Source of the DNA: Clostridia bacterium
GTDB lineage: Bacteria; Bacillota; Clostridia; Christensenellales; CAG-138
NCBI GenBank assembly: GCA_017451295.1
Contig: JAFSPW010000033.1
Span: forward strand, 12,990-76,989
DNA: 64,000 nt
Direction: 5' to 3'
Both the position numbers and the translations under genes were made by a program. The notes beneath the pieces were generated by a model. That model worked only from the letters and a program-made list of their open reading frames with translations. It ran no database searches and was not told the DNA's origin. The first letter of the stretch is position 1. Every line of letters starts with the position of its first letter. Positions 46,043-55,406 of the stretch are shown here, piece after piece.

Positions 46043-46929
46043 AACAGCTTTCCCGCCAAATGCGTGACCAACCCTAAAATACCGCCCAGGAGCGCGCCCA
46101 GCCATTCGATGGCGGCCAGCTCCTTTTTCATTACCTCTTTTAGCAGAAGATTGAGCTCCTTCGGATCTAAGGAATTGATGCGGCTTTCGGTGAATCGGGC
46201 AATCTCGCCGGAGCCAAGAAGCTGGGGCACCGCTTGCATCAGGCCCTTTTGAAGCATGTCCTTTATTTTACCTTTCCAGGTGGGCCATTGATTAGATTCC
46301 TTACCGAGAATCACGGCAAGCGGCTTATGCAATACGATTTCTCCTTCTTTTTGAATCACATCCTGCAAAATACCGGGCAGGGATTGAGAAAGCTCCCTGT
46401 CTATGGTCTTTCCCAACGTGCCCGCATATACGTTAACTAAGCCGATATCCTTTAGAATTGGCAATTTCTGCTCTGTGCGCTGGGCCATATGCCGTGCCAG
46501 CATCTGTCCGGGGTTGCTTTGTTCAATCTTTGTAAGGCAGAATGAATATACAGCATGCTCTATCTTTTCTTTCTGCATACTATACGTTTCCTCGCCCAGG
46601 GTAGATTTTAGCAGTTCTTCAGGTGACTTTTCAGACGAAGCAGCTTTTTGGTACAGTTCCTCCAGCCACTTTTCCATGGCCGTCCCCATCTGCTCAGAAG
46701 CAATCACTTCCTGCAAGGCGGCGGGGGAGAAGAGCTGCGTTTCAATCAGATTCCCCAAACTTTTGGCTATCCGCGCCTGCTCCTTGGGTATCAGCCCCGG
46801 GGTAAACGGCAGCTGCCATTTGCCGATAAACTTGGGATAAAAAGGCCGAAACAGCATCTCCACCGCCAGGGTATTGGTGCCGTAGCCGATGAGCGCTCCC
46901 ATAAAAACGGAAAACAATAAGGATAGCAT
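46039..46929 (-). CDS. DUF445-family membrane protein
   Basis: GALIGYGTNTLAVEMLFRP...LPFTPGLIPK N-terminus and a C-terminal TM helix. 296 aa. Confidence 0.7.
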   Translation of the reverse strand: MLSLLFSVFMGALIGYGTNTLAVEMLFRPFYPKFIGKWQLPFTPGLIPKEQARIAKSLGNLIETQLFSPAALQEVIASEQMGTAMEKWLEELYQKAASSEKSPEELLKSTLGEETYSMQKEKIEHAVYSFCLTKIEQSNPGQMLARHMAQRTEQKLPILKDIGLVNVYAGTLGKTIDRELSQSLPGILQDVIQKEGEIVLHKPLAVILGKESNQWPTWKGKIKDMLQKGLMQAVPQLLGSGEIARFTESRINSLDPKELNLLLKEVMKKELAAIEWLGALLGGILGLVTHLAGKLF

Positions 46930-47150
46930 GGCTTTATCGTTTCCGTCCTGTGGCCTGGTTATGCTTTATTCTATCGGAACAAGTGCTGACAGTTATCATT
47001 TGTATCCCTTCAACTCCATCATGTATCTTCTTGATTGGATTCGAGTATAGCATAGCCTTACAAATCCTGGCAACCGAATGATTGAAAGTTTATCCATCTG
47101 GACATGCTGAAGCTATCAGGGGGAAAAAACTTTTTGAACGAGGTTGTGTA

Positions 47151-47918
47151 TTGAAAAAAGTTGTGATTTGCGGTGTGGACACATCCACGCTGCCCACCCT
47201 AAGCCATGAAACCATGCAGCGCCTTTTAATTCAAGCCCAGGCCGGAGACACAGAGGCCCGGGAACAGCTCATAACCGGTAATCTTCGTTTGGTACTATCG
47301 GTTTTGCAGCGGTTCAACAATCGAACGGACCAGGCCGATGATTTATTTCAGGTGGGCTGCATAGGGCTGATGAAAGCCATTGACAATTTTGACACCACCC
47401 ATGATGTCCGCTTCTCTACCTATGCGGTGCCCATGATCATCGGTGAAATCCGGCGGCATCTGCGAGACTATACCTCCCTGCGCGTTTCCAGATCCCTGCG
47501 TGACTTAGCCTGTAAAGCCTTGCAGGCAAAGAAACAGTTGACGGACAAGCTCAATAGAGAACCCACCACAGCGGAGATAGCTCAGGTTCTTGGGATAAAA
47601 GAGCAGGAAGTAAACACGGCGCTGGATGCCGTTGTGGATCCGGTCTCCCTTTATGAGCCGGTTTTCCGGGAGGACGGAGATGCCTTGTATGTTATCGACC
47701 AAATTCGAGACGAAACGACAGGGGAGAATCGATGGCTGGATTCCATTGCTTTACAGAAGGCCATGGAACGACTCAACGAAAGGGAGAAGCGGATTGTGCA
47801 GCTTCGGTTCTTTCAAATGAAAACCCAAATGGAGGTCAGCCGCGAAATCGGTATCTCTCAAGCCCAGGTGTCCAGATTGGAAAAAGGTGCCTTGCAACGA
47901 ATGAAAAAATACATTTAG
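47151..47918 (+). CDS. sigG: sporulation sigma factor SigG
   Basis: TTG start 47151 (SD gaggt). KVVICGVDTSTLPTL..., GNLRLVLSVLQRFNNR, FSTYAVPMIIGEIRR, TQMEVSREIGISQAQVSRLEK. It is near-collinear with B. subtilis SigG as I recall it. Confidence 0.85.
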   Translation: MKKVVICGVDTSTLPTLSHETMQRLLIQAQAGDTEAREQLITGNLRLVLSVLQRFNNRTDQADDLFQVGCIGLMKAIDNFDTTHDVRFSTYAVPMIIGEIRRHLRDYTSLRVSRSLRDLACKALQAKKQLTDKLNREPTTAEIAQVLGIKEQEVNTALDAVVDPVSLYEPVFREDGDALYVIDQIRDETTGENRWLDSIALQKAMERLNEREKRIVQLRFFQMKTQMEVSREIGISQAQVSRLEKGALQRMKKYI

Positions 47919-47978
47919 CTTGTAAATCCGCACCGCTTACGCTACAATCAAGGCATATTTTATTTGAGGTGCCTTTGG

Positions 47979-49130
47979 ATGAAAGCGCTGCATTTAGTTT
48001 TGCCGGCGTCGCTAACTATGGCCTTGGATGCGAAGGTCAAACAGATGATTGCAGACGGCAATCCCATCATCAACCTGACGGCCGGCCAAGTGGATGTACC
48101 TATGCCGGAGGCTGGCAAAGCAGCCATTGTTTCTGCCCTGAACGAGGACAAGACGGGCTATATTCCCGCCACCGGTTCCCCCGCCCTACAGCAAGCGATA
48201 CGCAGCAGCATGTTCTGGCAGCAGGGACGGGTGCTGGTTTCCGCCGGAGCAAAGCCGTTGGTCTCTGCCGCCATACAGGTTATCTGTAAAGCAAATGACC
48301 AGGTGCTTTTGCCCACCCCCTGTTACACCAGTTTTCCGCCAATGATAGAAGCGGCGGGGGCAGAATCGGTTTTCGTTCCGGGCCGATTTGAAAATGGATT
48401 CAAAGCTACCGCAGCGGAACTTTTGGCAGCCACTACCCCATCCACAAAAGTAATCCTGCTCAATAATCCCGTGAACCCAACCGGATCGGTTTATTCCCGG
48501 GCTGAGCTGCAAGCCATAGCCAATTTCGCTATGGAAAAGGATCTATACGTCATTGCAGATGAAGTATACAGCAGCTTTGTATACAACGGTTCCTTCTGCA
48601 GCCTATACGATTTCCCACAGATACGGGACCGTTTGGTTGTCGTGAACAGCACCTCAAAGACCTTCGCCATGGCTGGATTACGCATCGGATACTGTGTAGC
48701 GCCGGAGCCCATTGGGGCGGCAATGGCAGGCTATCTTAGCCATACGCTGGGGTGCCCCTGCTCCCTTTCCGAGGCGGCCGCTCTGGCGGTCTTACATGAG
48801 GAGAAAACGTATGTGCAAGAGCTGCAGCGCATCTTTTCTTCCCGCAAAAAAGCGGTGCTGTCCGCTCTGTCAAAGATAGACGGTATTCGATTTGCCGAGC
48901 CGGATGGAGCCTTTTATGTTTGGATAGATATTGCCGCTGCCGGCATGGACGACATGCGCTTTTGCAGCGAGCTGCTGGCCAGCCAGAAGGTGGCCCTTAC
49001 ACCGGGCAGCGCTTTTCAATGCCCCGGGTATGTTCGCTTAGCCTATACAAAAGAGGAGGAAACCCTTTTGGAGGCGATTTGGCGGCTTGGACGCTTCATT
49101 CAAAGCAAGTCTTCCGCCGATAATAGTTGA
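47979..49130 (+). CDS. PLP-dependent aminotransferase (class I, aspartate aminotransferase-like)
   Basis: Start re-set to ATG 47979 (SD gaggtg). NNPVNPTG, the PLP-lysine context NSTSKTFAMAGLRIGY, and the C-terminal RL.Y. Confidence 0.85.
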   Translation: MKALHLVLPASLTMALDAKVKQMIADGNPIINLTAGQVDVPMPEAGKAAIVSALNEDKTGYIPATGSPALQQAIRSSMFWQQGRVLVSAGAKPLVSAAIQVICKANDQVLLPTPCYTSFPPMIEAAGAESVFVPGRFENGFKATAAELLAATTPSTKVILLNNPVNPTGSVYSRAELQAIANFAMEKDLYVIADEVYSSFVYNGSFCSLYDFPQIRDRLVVVNSTSKTFAMAGLRIGYCVAPEPIGAAMAGYLSHTLGCPCSLSEAAALAVLHEEKTYVQELQRIFSSRKKAVLSALSKIDGIRFAEPDGAFYVWIDIAAAGMDDMRFCSELLASQKVALTPGSAFQCPGYVRLAYTKEEETLLEAIWRLGRFIQSKSSADNS

Positions 49131-49678
49131 ATCGGCGGCAGCTGATTGTCGATGCAGAGAAAAGAAACAGCATAATCCCGGCAAACAGTGGTGTGAAAGT
49201 GATACGTTTCACCTTCCCAGAAAAAGTCCTTCGTCGTATCTATTGCATCCATAGGCAATAAGAACCCCAAACCCGTAAGCTTCATGGCGCACTCCTTCCG
49301 GGTAAAGACCGTGAAGAAATCCCGGTTCCTCTCGGAAGCAAGGCAAACCCTGTTTCTAGCAGCCTGTGAAATCGGCCTGTCCATACGCTCAATATCCGCA
49401 CCGACGGGGGCTTCATCCACAGCGAGCAGCACTTGATTATTGCTGTGTGAAAGGCTGAAAAACTGGTGCTGTTTTGTTAAAAACGGCTTTCCATGCTGTC
49501 CGCAGCGCAAATCTTCATCGGCATGCACACCGAGTTTCTTGGCAAGCAGAAGCCCGGCGCCCAAGGTTTCCAAAGAATGCGTGTGCAAAAACCGTTGCCG
49601 CCTGTTTTCGCAGACCAGCGGCAAAGCTTGTTCTATATGGTTTTCTAAACCTTGGGTGGACAGCAGATACACATTCAT
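49100..49678 (-). CDS. 4'-phosphopantetheinyl transferase, Sfp type
   Basis: Start re-set to ATG 49678. ...GKPFL....FFSLSHS...L.AV...PVGADIE... and F..KEC..K..G are Sfp/EntD motifs. There is no SD, and a GC-rich hairpin sits just upstream. Confidence 0.75.
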   Translation of the reverse strand: MNVYLLSTQGLENHIEQALPLVCENRRQRFLHTHSLETLGAGLLLAKKLGVHADEDLRCGQHGKPFLTKQHQFFSLSHSNNQVLLAVDEAPVGADIERMDRPISQAARNRVCLASERNRDFFTVFTRKECAMKLTGLGFLLPMDAIDTTKDFFWEGETYHFHTTVCRDYAVSFLCIDNQLPPIQLLSAEDLL

Positions 49679-50028
49679 GTGAAATAGAATACCAAAGAAC
49701 GCACCGGAAAGCAAGGAGGGGAGAAAAACCGGTGCGTTCGTTATATTGGCCGCCTGCTGCTCTTTATGGGAGAAAGAGGATGGCGGAGAATTAGTAGGCT
49801 GCCTGTTTTGCAACGTTACGTAATCGTTGAGGGCCAGGCAGTTGCCCAGTGTATCTATGCATGGGATTCTTTAGCTGTGAGCGTTGCCTCCTTTCCCTTT
49901 CGGATGGGTTCAGTATAGGGGGTAATTGGGGCAAGAGTATGATTATCTTGCAACAAGAACGCACTTTCTCTGTAAACAAGCCGTGAACAGAGCTGGTAAG
50001 AATTACAAGGCTGTGATACTATACAGCC

Positions 50029-51141
50029 ATGAAAAAGAGATTTATATTTCTATTCGCCGCCGCTTTGGCGCTGTGTGCCTGTGTACAGCAGAATCCCGAG
50101 GAAACCTCTGTTCCTGAGCAAACGCCCCTGACGGTGGAAATCAGCATTCCAGCGGCTACCGCTTTGCCTGCGGTGGAGCAAGAGCATAGCCCTGTCCCTG
50201 TATCCGCATCGCCTTCGCCCACAGAAACTCCTTTGCCGGAACCTACCGAAGGGTATGAAGCGCCGGCAGGGGTACAGACCGTGGCTTGGCTCACGGATAC
50301 CCAGCACTATTCCAACACTTTCCCCGAAATTTACCCTATCATGACCGGCTTTCTAAGGGACAACGCCGAGAAGATGAACCTTGTCTATGTGGTACACACA
50401 GGAGACCTGGTCCATCGCAACGCCAATATTGACAACTGGGAAGTAGCCCGTGCCGCCCAGGACTTGATTAATGATATTCCAAACGGCGTTCTGGCGGGGA
50501 ACCATGACATGGAGCCCAGCACCGGCGGATATGAAAACTATTATACGTACTTTGGAAAGGATAAGTATGACTCTCAGCCCTGCTATGGGGAGAGCTTCCA
50601 GAACAATCGGGGACACTATGACTTGGTGACTATATCGGGACGGGACTATATCTTCGTCTACATGAGTCATGCCCCGGACGAAAAAGCCCTTTCGTTTATA
50701 CGAGACAGCTTCAACAAATATCCGGACCGTCCCGGCATCCTGTGCCTGCATGATTTCATCACCACGGAAGGAACGCTATCCGAAGCGGGAGAGGAGATTC
50801 GGCAAAAGGTAGTGGCTCAATGTCCCAACATCTATATGGTTCTCTGCGGCCATCGGTATGGGCTATATACTCTGGTAGATGCCTTTGATGACGATGGGGA
50901 CGGGGTGCAGGATCGAACGGTGTATGAGATTATGATGAACTACCAAGCCGCCGGAAAGGAAGGCGGCAGCGGATACCTGCGACTGATGCAGTTTGACGAA
51001 GGCAGGGGAGAGGTGCGCTGCATCAACTACTCCCCGTACCTAAACGACTATAACTGGCTGGACGACCCAAATCACAAGGAACCCCGGTATGAGATGGACG
51101 ATAAAAGCGAGTCCTTCGTGCTGCCCATGCCTTGGAAATAA
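50029..51141 (+). CDS. metallophosphoesterase lipoprotein
   Basis: Signal peptide with lipobox LALCAC, a Pro/Glu/Thr linker, then calcineurin-like motifs (HTGDLV, GNHD, GH). Confidence 0.8.
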   Translation: MKKRFIFLFAAALALCACVQQNPEETSVPEQTPLTVEISIPAATALPAVEQEHSPVPVSASPSPTETPLPEPTEGYEAPAGVQTVAWLTDTQHYSNTFPEIYPIMTGFLRDNAEKMNLVYVVHTGDLVHRNANIDNWEVARAAQDLINDIPNGVLAGNHDMEPSTGGYENYYTYFGKDKYDSQPCYGESFQNNRGHYDLVTISGRDYIFVYMSHAPDEKALSFIRDSFNKYPDRPGILCLHDFITTEGTLSEAGEEIRQKVVAQCPNIYMVLCGHRYGLYTLVDAFDDDGDGVQDRTVYEIMMNYQAAGKEGGSGYLRLMQFDEGRGEVRCINYSPYLNDYNWLDDPNHKEPRYEMDDKSESFVLPMPWK

Positions 51142-51147
51142 AGGGCG

Positions 51148-52398
51148 TTATTTACTTTCTTCCAGCTTCTCCACGTTTTTCAGCTTGTTTTGAATCTGCC
51201 TGGTGCGAACCCCCACCAGCTTGTCCAGGTCTCCGGAAACCATTTGCAGGTGCCGTTGAGATGCTTCCAGCACCTCTCCAAAGGACTCAAACTCTGTTCG
51301 CACCGAACGCAGCACTTCCCATACCTCTCCGGAGCGTTTTTCAATGGCCAGGGTTTTAAAGCCCATCTGCAGGCTGTTCAATAGGGCTGCCATGGTGGAG
51401 GGACCGGCGATGTTCACCTTGTACCGCCGCTGCAGTTCTTCCACCATGCCCCGGTTCACCGCCTCTGCATAGAGACCCTCGAAGGGAAGGAACAGGATGG
51501 CAAAGTCGGTGGTACTGGGTGGGGCAATATACTTCCCGGAAATATCCTTGGCCTCCTGTTTAAGCCTGGCCGTTAAGGCAGCCGCGGCAGCCGTCACCTG
51601 GGCGCTGTCACCGGAATCATAGGCATCCATCAACGCCCGATAGGTGTCCCCCGGGAATTTGGCATCAATAGGCAGATATACGGTCCCCTCGCCATTTCCG
51701 GGGAGCTTTACCGCATACTCCACCCGATCGCTGCTGCCGGGGCGAGTGGCCACGTTTGTATCGTATTGCTCGGGGGAAAGAATCTGTTCCAAGATGGCAC
51801 CTAACTGAATCTCGCCCAGAATACCCCTGGTCTTCACATTGGACAGAACCTTCTTTAGGTCCGTCACTCCCACGGCCACCCGCTGCATTTCGCCCAAACC
51901 TTTGTACACTTCTTCCAGCTGCTTGCTGACCATCTCGAAGCTCTTGCTGATGCGGTTTTCCAGGGTGCTTTGCAGCTTCTCATCCACCACCTGCTGCATA
52001 CGTTCCAGATGCTTGTTGTTGTCCTCCTGTAGGGCGCCGATGCGCTTTTCCATGGTTTGGCGAATGCCCTCTAACTTTTCCGAATTGGTGCGTTCAAAGG
52101 AGTCCATTCGTTGAGAATTGGCTCGTTCAAAGGCATCCAAACGCAGCTCCACGCTGTGCTGGAAGGTGACCTGATTATCGTTCTGCTGTTTGGAAAAGCT
52201 GCGCTGGCTGTCGTTCATCAATTGACCGTAACCGTTAAGCGCTCCATGAATGGAGTCGTTCAACTCTCGCCGCTGGTCAGACAGTTTGTCCAGAATATCC
52301 TCATAGTGATCCCCCTGGCGGCTTTGCAGATTCAAAACCACCAGAATGGCCAACAGCACCAAGCACAGAGCGCCGATTATCAAAAGAGCTATCTGCAT
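51148..52398 (-). CDS. rmuC: DNA recombination protein RmuC
   Basis: N-terminal TM helix, a long coiled coil, and a C-terminal RmuC nuclease-like region (FAILFLP.E). 416 aa. Confidence 0.85.
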   Translation of the reverse strand: MQIALLIIGALCLVLLAILVVLNLQSRQGDHYEDILDKLSDQRRELNDSIHGALNGYGQLMNDSQRSFSKQQNDNQVTFQHSVELRLDAFERANSQRMDSFERTNSEKLEGIRQTMEKRIGALQEDNNKHLERMQQVVDEKLQSTLENRISKSFEMVSKQLEEVYKGLGEMQRVAVGVTDLKKVLSNVKTRGILGEIQLGAILEQILSPEQYDTNVATRPGSSDRVEYAVKLPGNGEGTVYLPIDAKFPGDTYRALMDAYDSGDSAQVTAAAAALTARLKQEAKDISGKYIAPPSTTDFAILFLPFEGLYAEAVNRGMVEELQRRYKVNIAGPSTMAALLNSLQMGFKTLAIEKRSGEVWEVLRSVRTEFESFGEVLEASQRHLQMVSGDLDKLVGVRTRQIQNKLKNVEKLEESK

Positions 52399-52463
52399 AC
52401 AATACTCCCCTGTCTAATGATTGCAGTTTATTGTATCGCCGTTGAACGGTATTTGCAAGAAGA

Positions 52464-53513
52464 CTATTCAAAGCTGATGCAGATGGCATCATGCAGGCTT
52501 CTATCCTTGCTGGGGGAATTGATGATTTTGTCCTTCCAAAACATCCGTGCCGTTGCCCCGCCGTCCAGATTGTACGCCCGTACACAGCCTAAGTCATACA
52601 TAAGCAGGCTAAGCTCCTTCATATTGAGTCCCTGCGAATACTTTCTCTGCCGCCCGTCCACGACGACAAAGCAGTAGTGTCCCGGTTCATAGTACCCAAT
52701 GGCGGCTCGGGGGTTTCTGCCCCCAACGCTCGTATTGAACTTTGTTTTTGGCTGTCCATTGTGATCGAGCAATTCTGGTCCAAAATGCCAGCTCTGCCAG
52801 GGGTCCCCGGCTAAAACCTCATCGGGAGTGATGGTGCCCACCTCGTATGTTTCCATAATCCCGTCTGAATACAGGACACAAAGGTCCGAAGTGCACTTAG
52901 ACTTTCGATACACCTCCCCGTTTCTCACAATAACTCCGTTGCTGTGATACAGGGCATAGTCACCGGAAATAGCCAACACACAGCGGTTAGCTTTAGCAAT
53001 CGTCTCCATGCTTTTTACGCCTCTGGTATTGAAAGCACCTTTGGCAAAAACGGTTTGAATAAGGGACACGTCATCCACCAGAATATCCGCCACATAATAG
53101 ACTATTTTGTTGGAAAAGGAGGTTTTGTCCTCATACTTTTCCCAGCTGATGGACACGTCCTTTCTACTATAGCTCTGATTGGTTATAATTTCCGCATCGG
53201 TAAACTTCCAACGATACTTGCCCTGGAGCAATCCTTCGCTGTCATCTTTCTGGTTGGATACCGGAAGAGGGGACAGGGAAGGGGCAGGGGAATACAGCCT
53301 GTACCCATCCCACGTAGGGACGGGCGTAGGCTCATACTGCCGCGTGTATGTCGCAGCGGTCTCATTGCCCCTCATAAGCATAACGGCTAAGCCTGCGTAC
53401 ACTAAAGCACAGCAAATCAGTAAACCGAGGCAGACAACCGATGAGTATTTAGAAAAAAATGCTTGCAGGCGTTTCAAACCCAAACATGCTCCTTCTCTTT
53501 TTTGTGATATCAT
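52464..53513 (-). CDS. phosphodiester glycosidase (DUF2233) family protein, membrane-anchored
   Basis: TM anchor. The C-terminal ...PR.AIGY...G.Y.FVVVDGRQ..YS.G....EL......LG...AYNLDGG.S pattern is typical of this family. Confidence 0.75.
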   Translation of the reverse strand: MISQKREGACLGLKRLQAFFSKYSSVVCLGLLICCALVYAGLAVMLMRGNETAATYTRQYEPTPVPTWDGYRLYSPAPSLSPLPVSNQKDDSEGLLQGKYRWKFTDAEIITNQSYSRKDVSISWEKYEDKTSFSNKIVYYVADILVDDVSLIQTVFAKGAFNTRGVKSMETIAKANRCVLAISGDYALYHSNGVIVRNGEVYRKSKCTSDLCVLYSDGIMETYEVGTITPDEVLAGDPWQSWHFGPELLDHNGQPKTKFNTSVGGRNPRAAIGYYEPGHYCFVVVDGRQRKYSQGLNMKELSLLMYDLGCVRAYNLDGGATARMFWKDKIINSPSKDRSLHDAICISFE

Positions 53514-53634
53514 AGTATATCATGTAAATGCTATTCATGCCCATATTCATCAAAAATTGACATTTACATTATCACACTTTACATCTCCAAGTTTTTGGTT
53601 GTATACTGAACAAAAGATTTTGAAAGGCAGCCCT

Positions 53635-54426
53635 ATGAAACGAGTGTTAGGCAGCATCCGCCGTGCGGATGAAAGGTATCATTTAATCGAAAACGGAGAC
53701 AAAATCTGCATCGGTGTGTCCGGCGGCAAGGACTCTCTGCTGTTGATGGAAGCCCTGCAGCTGTATCAGCGCTTTGCACGAACCGACTTTCAGGTGTGCG
53801 CCGTAACACTGGATTTGGGCATACGGGAGCAGAACTGGTCCGATGTGGAAGCCTTTGCACAGCGAATCGGCATGGACTATCGGGTTTTGAAGACCGACAT
53901 AGGCGACGTGGTTTTCAACATTCGCAAGGAACCCAACCCCTGTGCCCTCTGCGCTAAACTCCGCCGCGGTGCATTGAATAACGCCGCCAAGGATTTAGGC
54001 TGCAACAAAGTAGCCCTCGGCCACAATCGGGAGGATGTCATCGAAACCTTTTTGATGAGTCTTCTGTATGAAGGCCGTGTGAACACCTTCGCCCCCGTCA
54101 CCTATCTGTCGAGGTCTGATGTAACCCTGATTCGCCCCCTGGTCTTTCTGCCGGAAAAGCATGCACTCTCTGTTGCCACCCAGCGGAACATGCCCATTCA
54201 AAAGGCGAACTGCCCCGCCGCAGGGCACACCAAGCGGGAGGAGGCAAAAGAAATCATTCGGTATCTTTCCAAATATGTTCCCGATATTGAGCAGCAGATG
54301 ATTCATGCCATTGCCAATACGGACAAGTACGGTCTTTGGGACCGGATGCGGCTTCGTTATGATCATCCCCTATTTACCGGGCCTATCACCGAAAAGAACC
54401 GTCCGGCATCTTTTACGGAGGAATAA
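53635..54426 (+). CDS. TtcA-family tRNA 2-thiocytidine/PP-loop ATPase
   Basis: Start re-set to ATG 53635. It has the PP-loop SGGKDS, C..C (NPCALCAKLRRG) and a late CP motif. 263 aa. Confidence 0.85.
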   Translation: MKRVLGSIRRADERYHLIENGDKICIGVSGGKDSLLLMEALQLYQRFARTDFQVCAVTLDLGIREQNWSDVEAFAQRIGMDYRVLKTDIGDVVFNIRKEPNPCALCAKLRRGALNNAAKDLGCNKVALGHNREDVIETFLMSLLYEGRVNTFAPVTYLSRSDVTLIRPLVFLPEKHALSVATQRNMPIQKANCPAAGHTKREEAKEIIRYLSKYVPDIEQQMIHAIANTDKYGLWDRMRLRYDHPLFTGPITEKNRPASFTEE

Positions 54427-54435
54427 ACACCAACA

Positions 54436-54460
54436 AAAAAGGACCCGAACGGGTCCTTTG
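54436..54460. terminator. bidirectional rho-independent terminator
   Basis: aaaaaa-ggaccc-gaac-gggtcc-ttt between convergent genes. Confidence 0.75.
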
Positions 54461-54474
54461 CTGCTGTAAGGGGC

Positions 54475-55335
54475 TTAACCGATGGGGGTATCCGTGGGCT
54501 CTGCCGTGGGCGTGATGGAAGCCTTGGTGGGCACGGTGCCATCGGCCTTTACGAACTGGGCGGACATATAGCCCTTTTCTTGGGTACCGGCAACGAGCAC
54601 ATAATAGTAGTCGCCTTCTAAATAGTAGATGTATACCTTCTTGCCTTCATTATACTGACCAATGGACTTTGCCGTCACCGCCGGGCCTTCCCGCAGGTTC
54701 ATAACGCTGGAGGTGATGATGCCGACGATGGTGCCTTCCGGCTGGTCGCTGCCATCGGAAGTCTCCCCAAGGACGGAGTTCAGCTTCACAAACTTCTTGG
54801 CTATATAGCCATATTTCTTGGTCTCATTCACCATCAGGAAATAGAAGTCCCCATCCTCTGCATACACGGTAAGCTTCGTGCCGGTCTTAAGTCCCGTAGC
54901 GAGAATTGTCGTGCTGGTGCTGGGGCCCTGCCGCATGTTCACACCGCTCTTGGTCAGCACGCCCTGGGCAGCGCCGGCAATCATCTTGGCGGTGGGTTCC
55001 GTCAACGCATTGGGGTCATCGGCAAGGGTGATGGTGGGAGCAGGGGTATCCGAAGGCGCAGGAGTAGCTTGCTGAACGGGATCCTGCTCCAGGACAACGG
55101 GCGTTTCGTCCGGCTCATCCGTGGGCGCTGCGCTGGGGGCATCATACATGACCGTGGGGCCAGGCTCGTTGGTCTGGGCGACGGCATCGTCCTTAGCACA
55201 GGCGCCGAAGCACTTGGTTGCAAACAACAGCACAATAAGAGCGACAATCAAGAAGCCAATGGCCGCCAAGAGAATATACCCTTCACGGCTGATTATCAAT
55301 TTTTTACGTTTTGCCATACGCTGCCTTCCTTCCAT
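54475..55335 (-). CDS. membrane-anchored protein with two bacterial SH3 domains
   Basis: TM anchor and a Pro/Thr/Asp linker. Two repeats of the form GV.N.R.GPS....I......G.K..VY...GD.Y.......KGY. are SH3b-like. Confidence 0.7.
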   Translation of the reverse strand: MEGRQRMAKRKKLIISREGYILLAAIGFLIVALIVLLFATKCFGACAKDDAVAQTNEPGPTVMYDAPSAAPTDEPDETPVVLEQDPVQQATPAPSDTPAPTITLADDPNALTEPTAKMIAGAAQGVLTKSGVNMRQGPSTSTTILATGLKTGTKLTVYAEDGDFYFLMVNETKKYGYIAKKFVKLNSVLGETSDGSDQPEGTIVGIITSSVMNLREGPAVTAKSIGQYNEGKKVYIYYLEGDYYYVLVAGTQEKGYMSAQFVKADGTVPTKASITPTAEPTDTPIG

Positions 55336-55406
55336 ATATTATCTGTACAGTAAGTATACTATAGGTTTTGCGCTTTTGAAAGGATTATTTTCAAAAAATG
55401 TAAAAT

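Noticed and set aside
49732-49794. 20-codon ORF (GTG start) downstream of the AAGGAGG sequence located in the loop of the 49697-49739 hairpin (plus strand).
   Set aside because: The SD-to-start spacing is about 12 nt. The start codon is buried in the hairpin stem and the peptide has no distinctive features. The AAGGAGG is more simply the complement of the CU-rich loop read on the minus strand.
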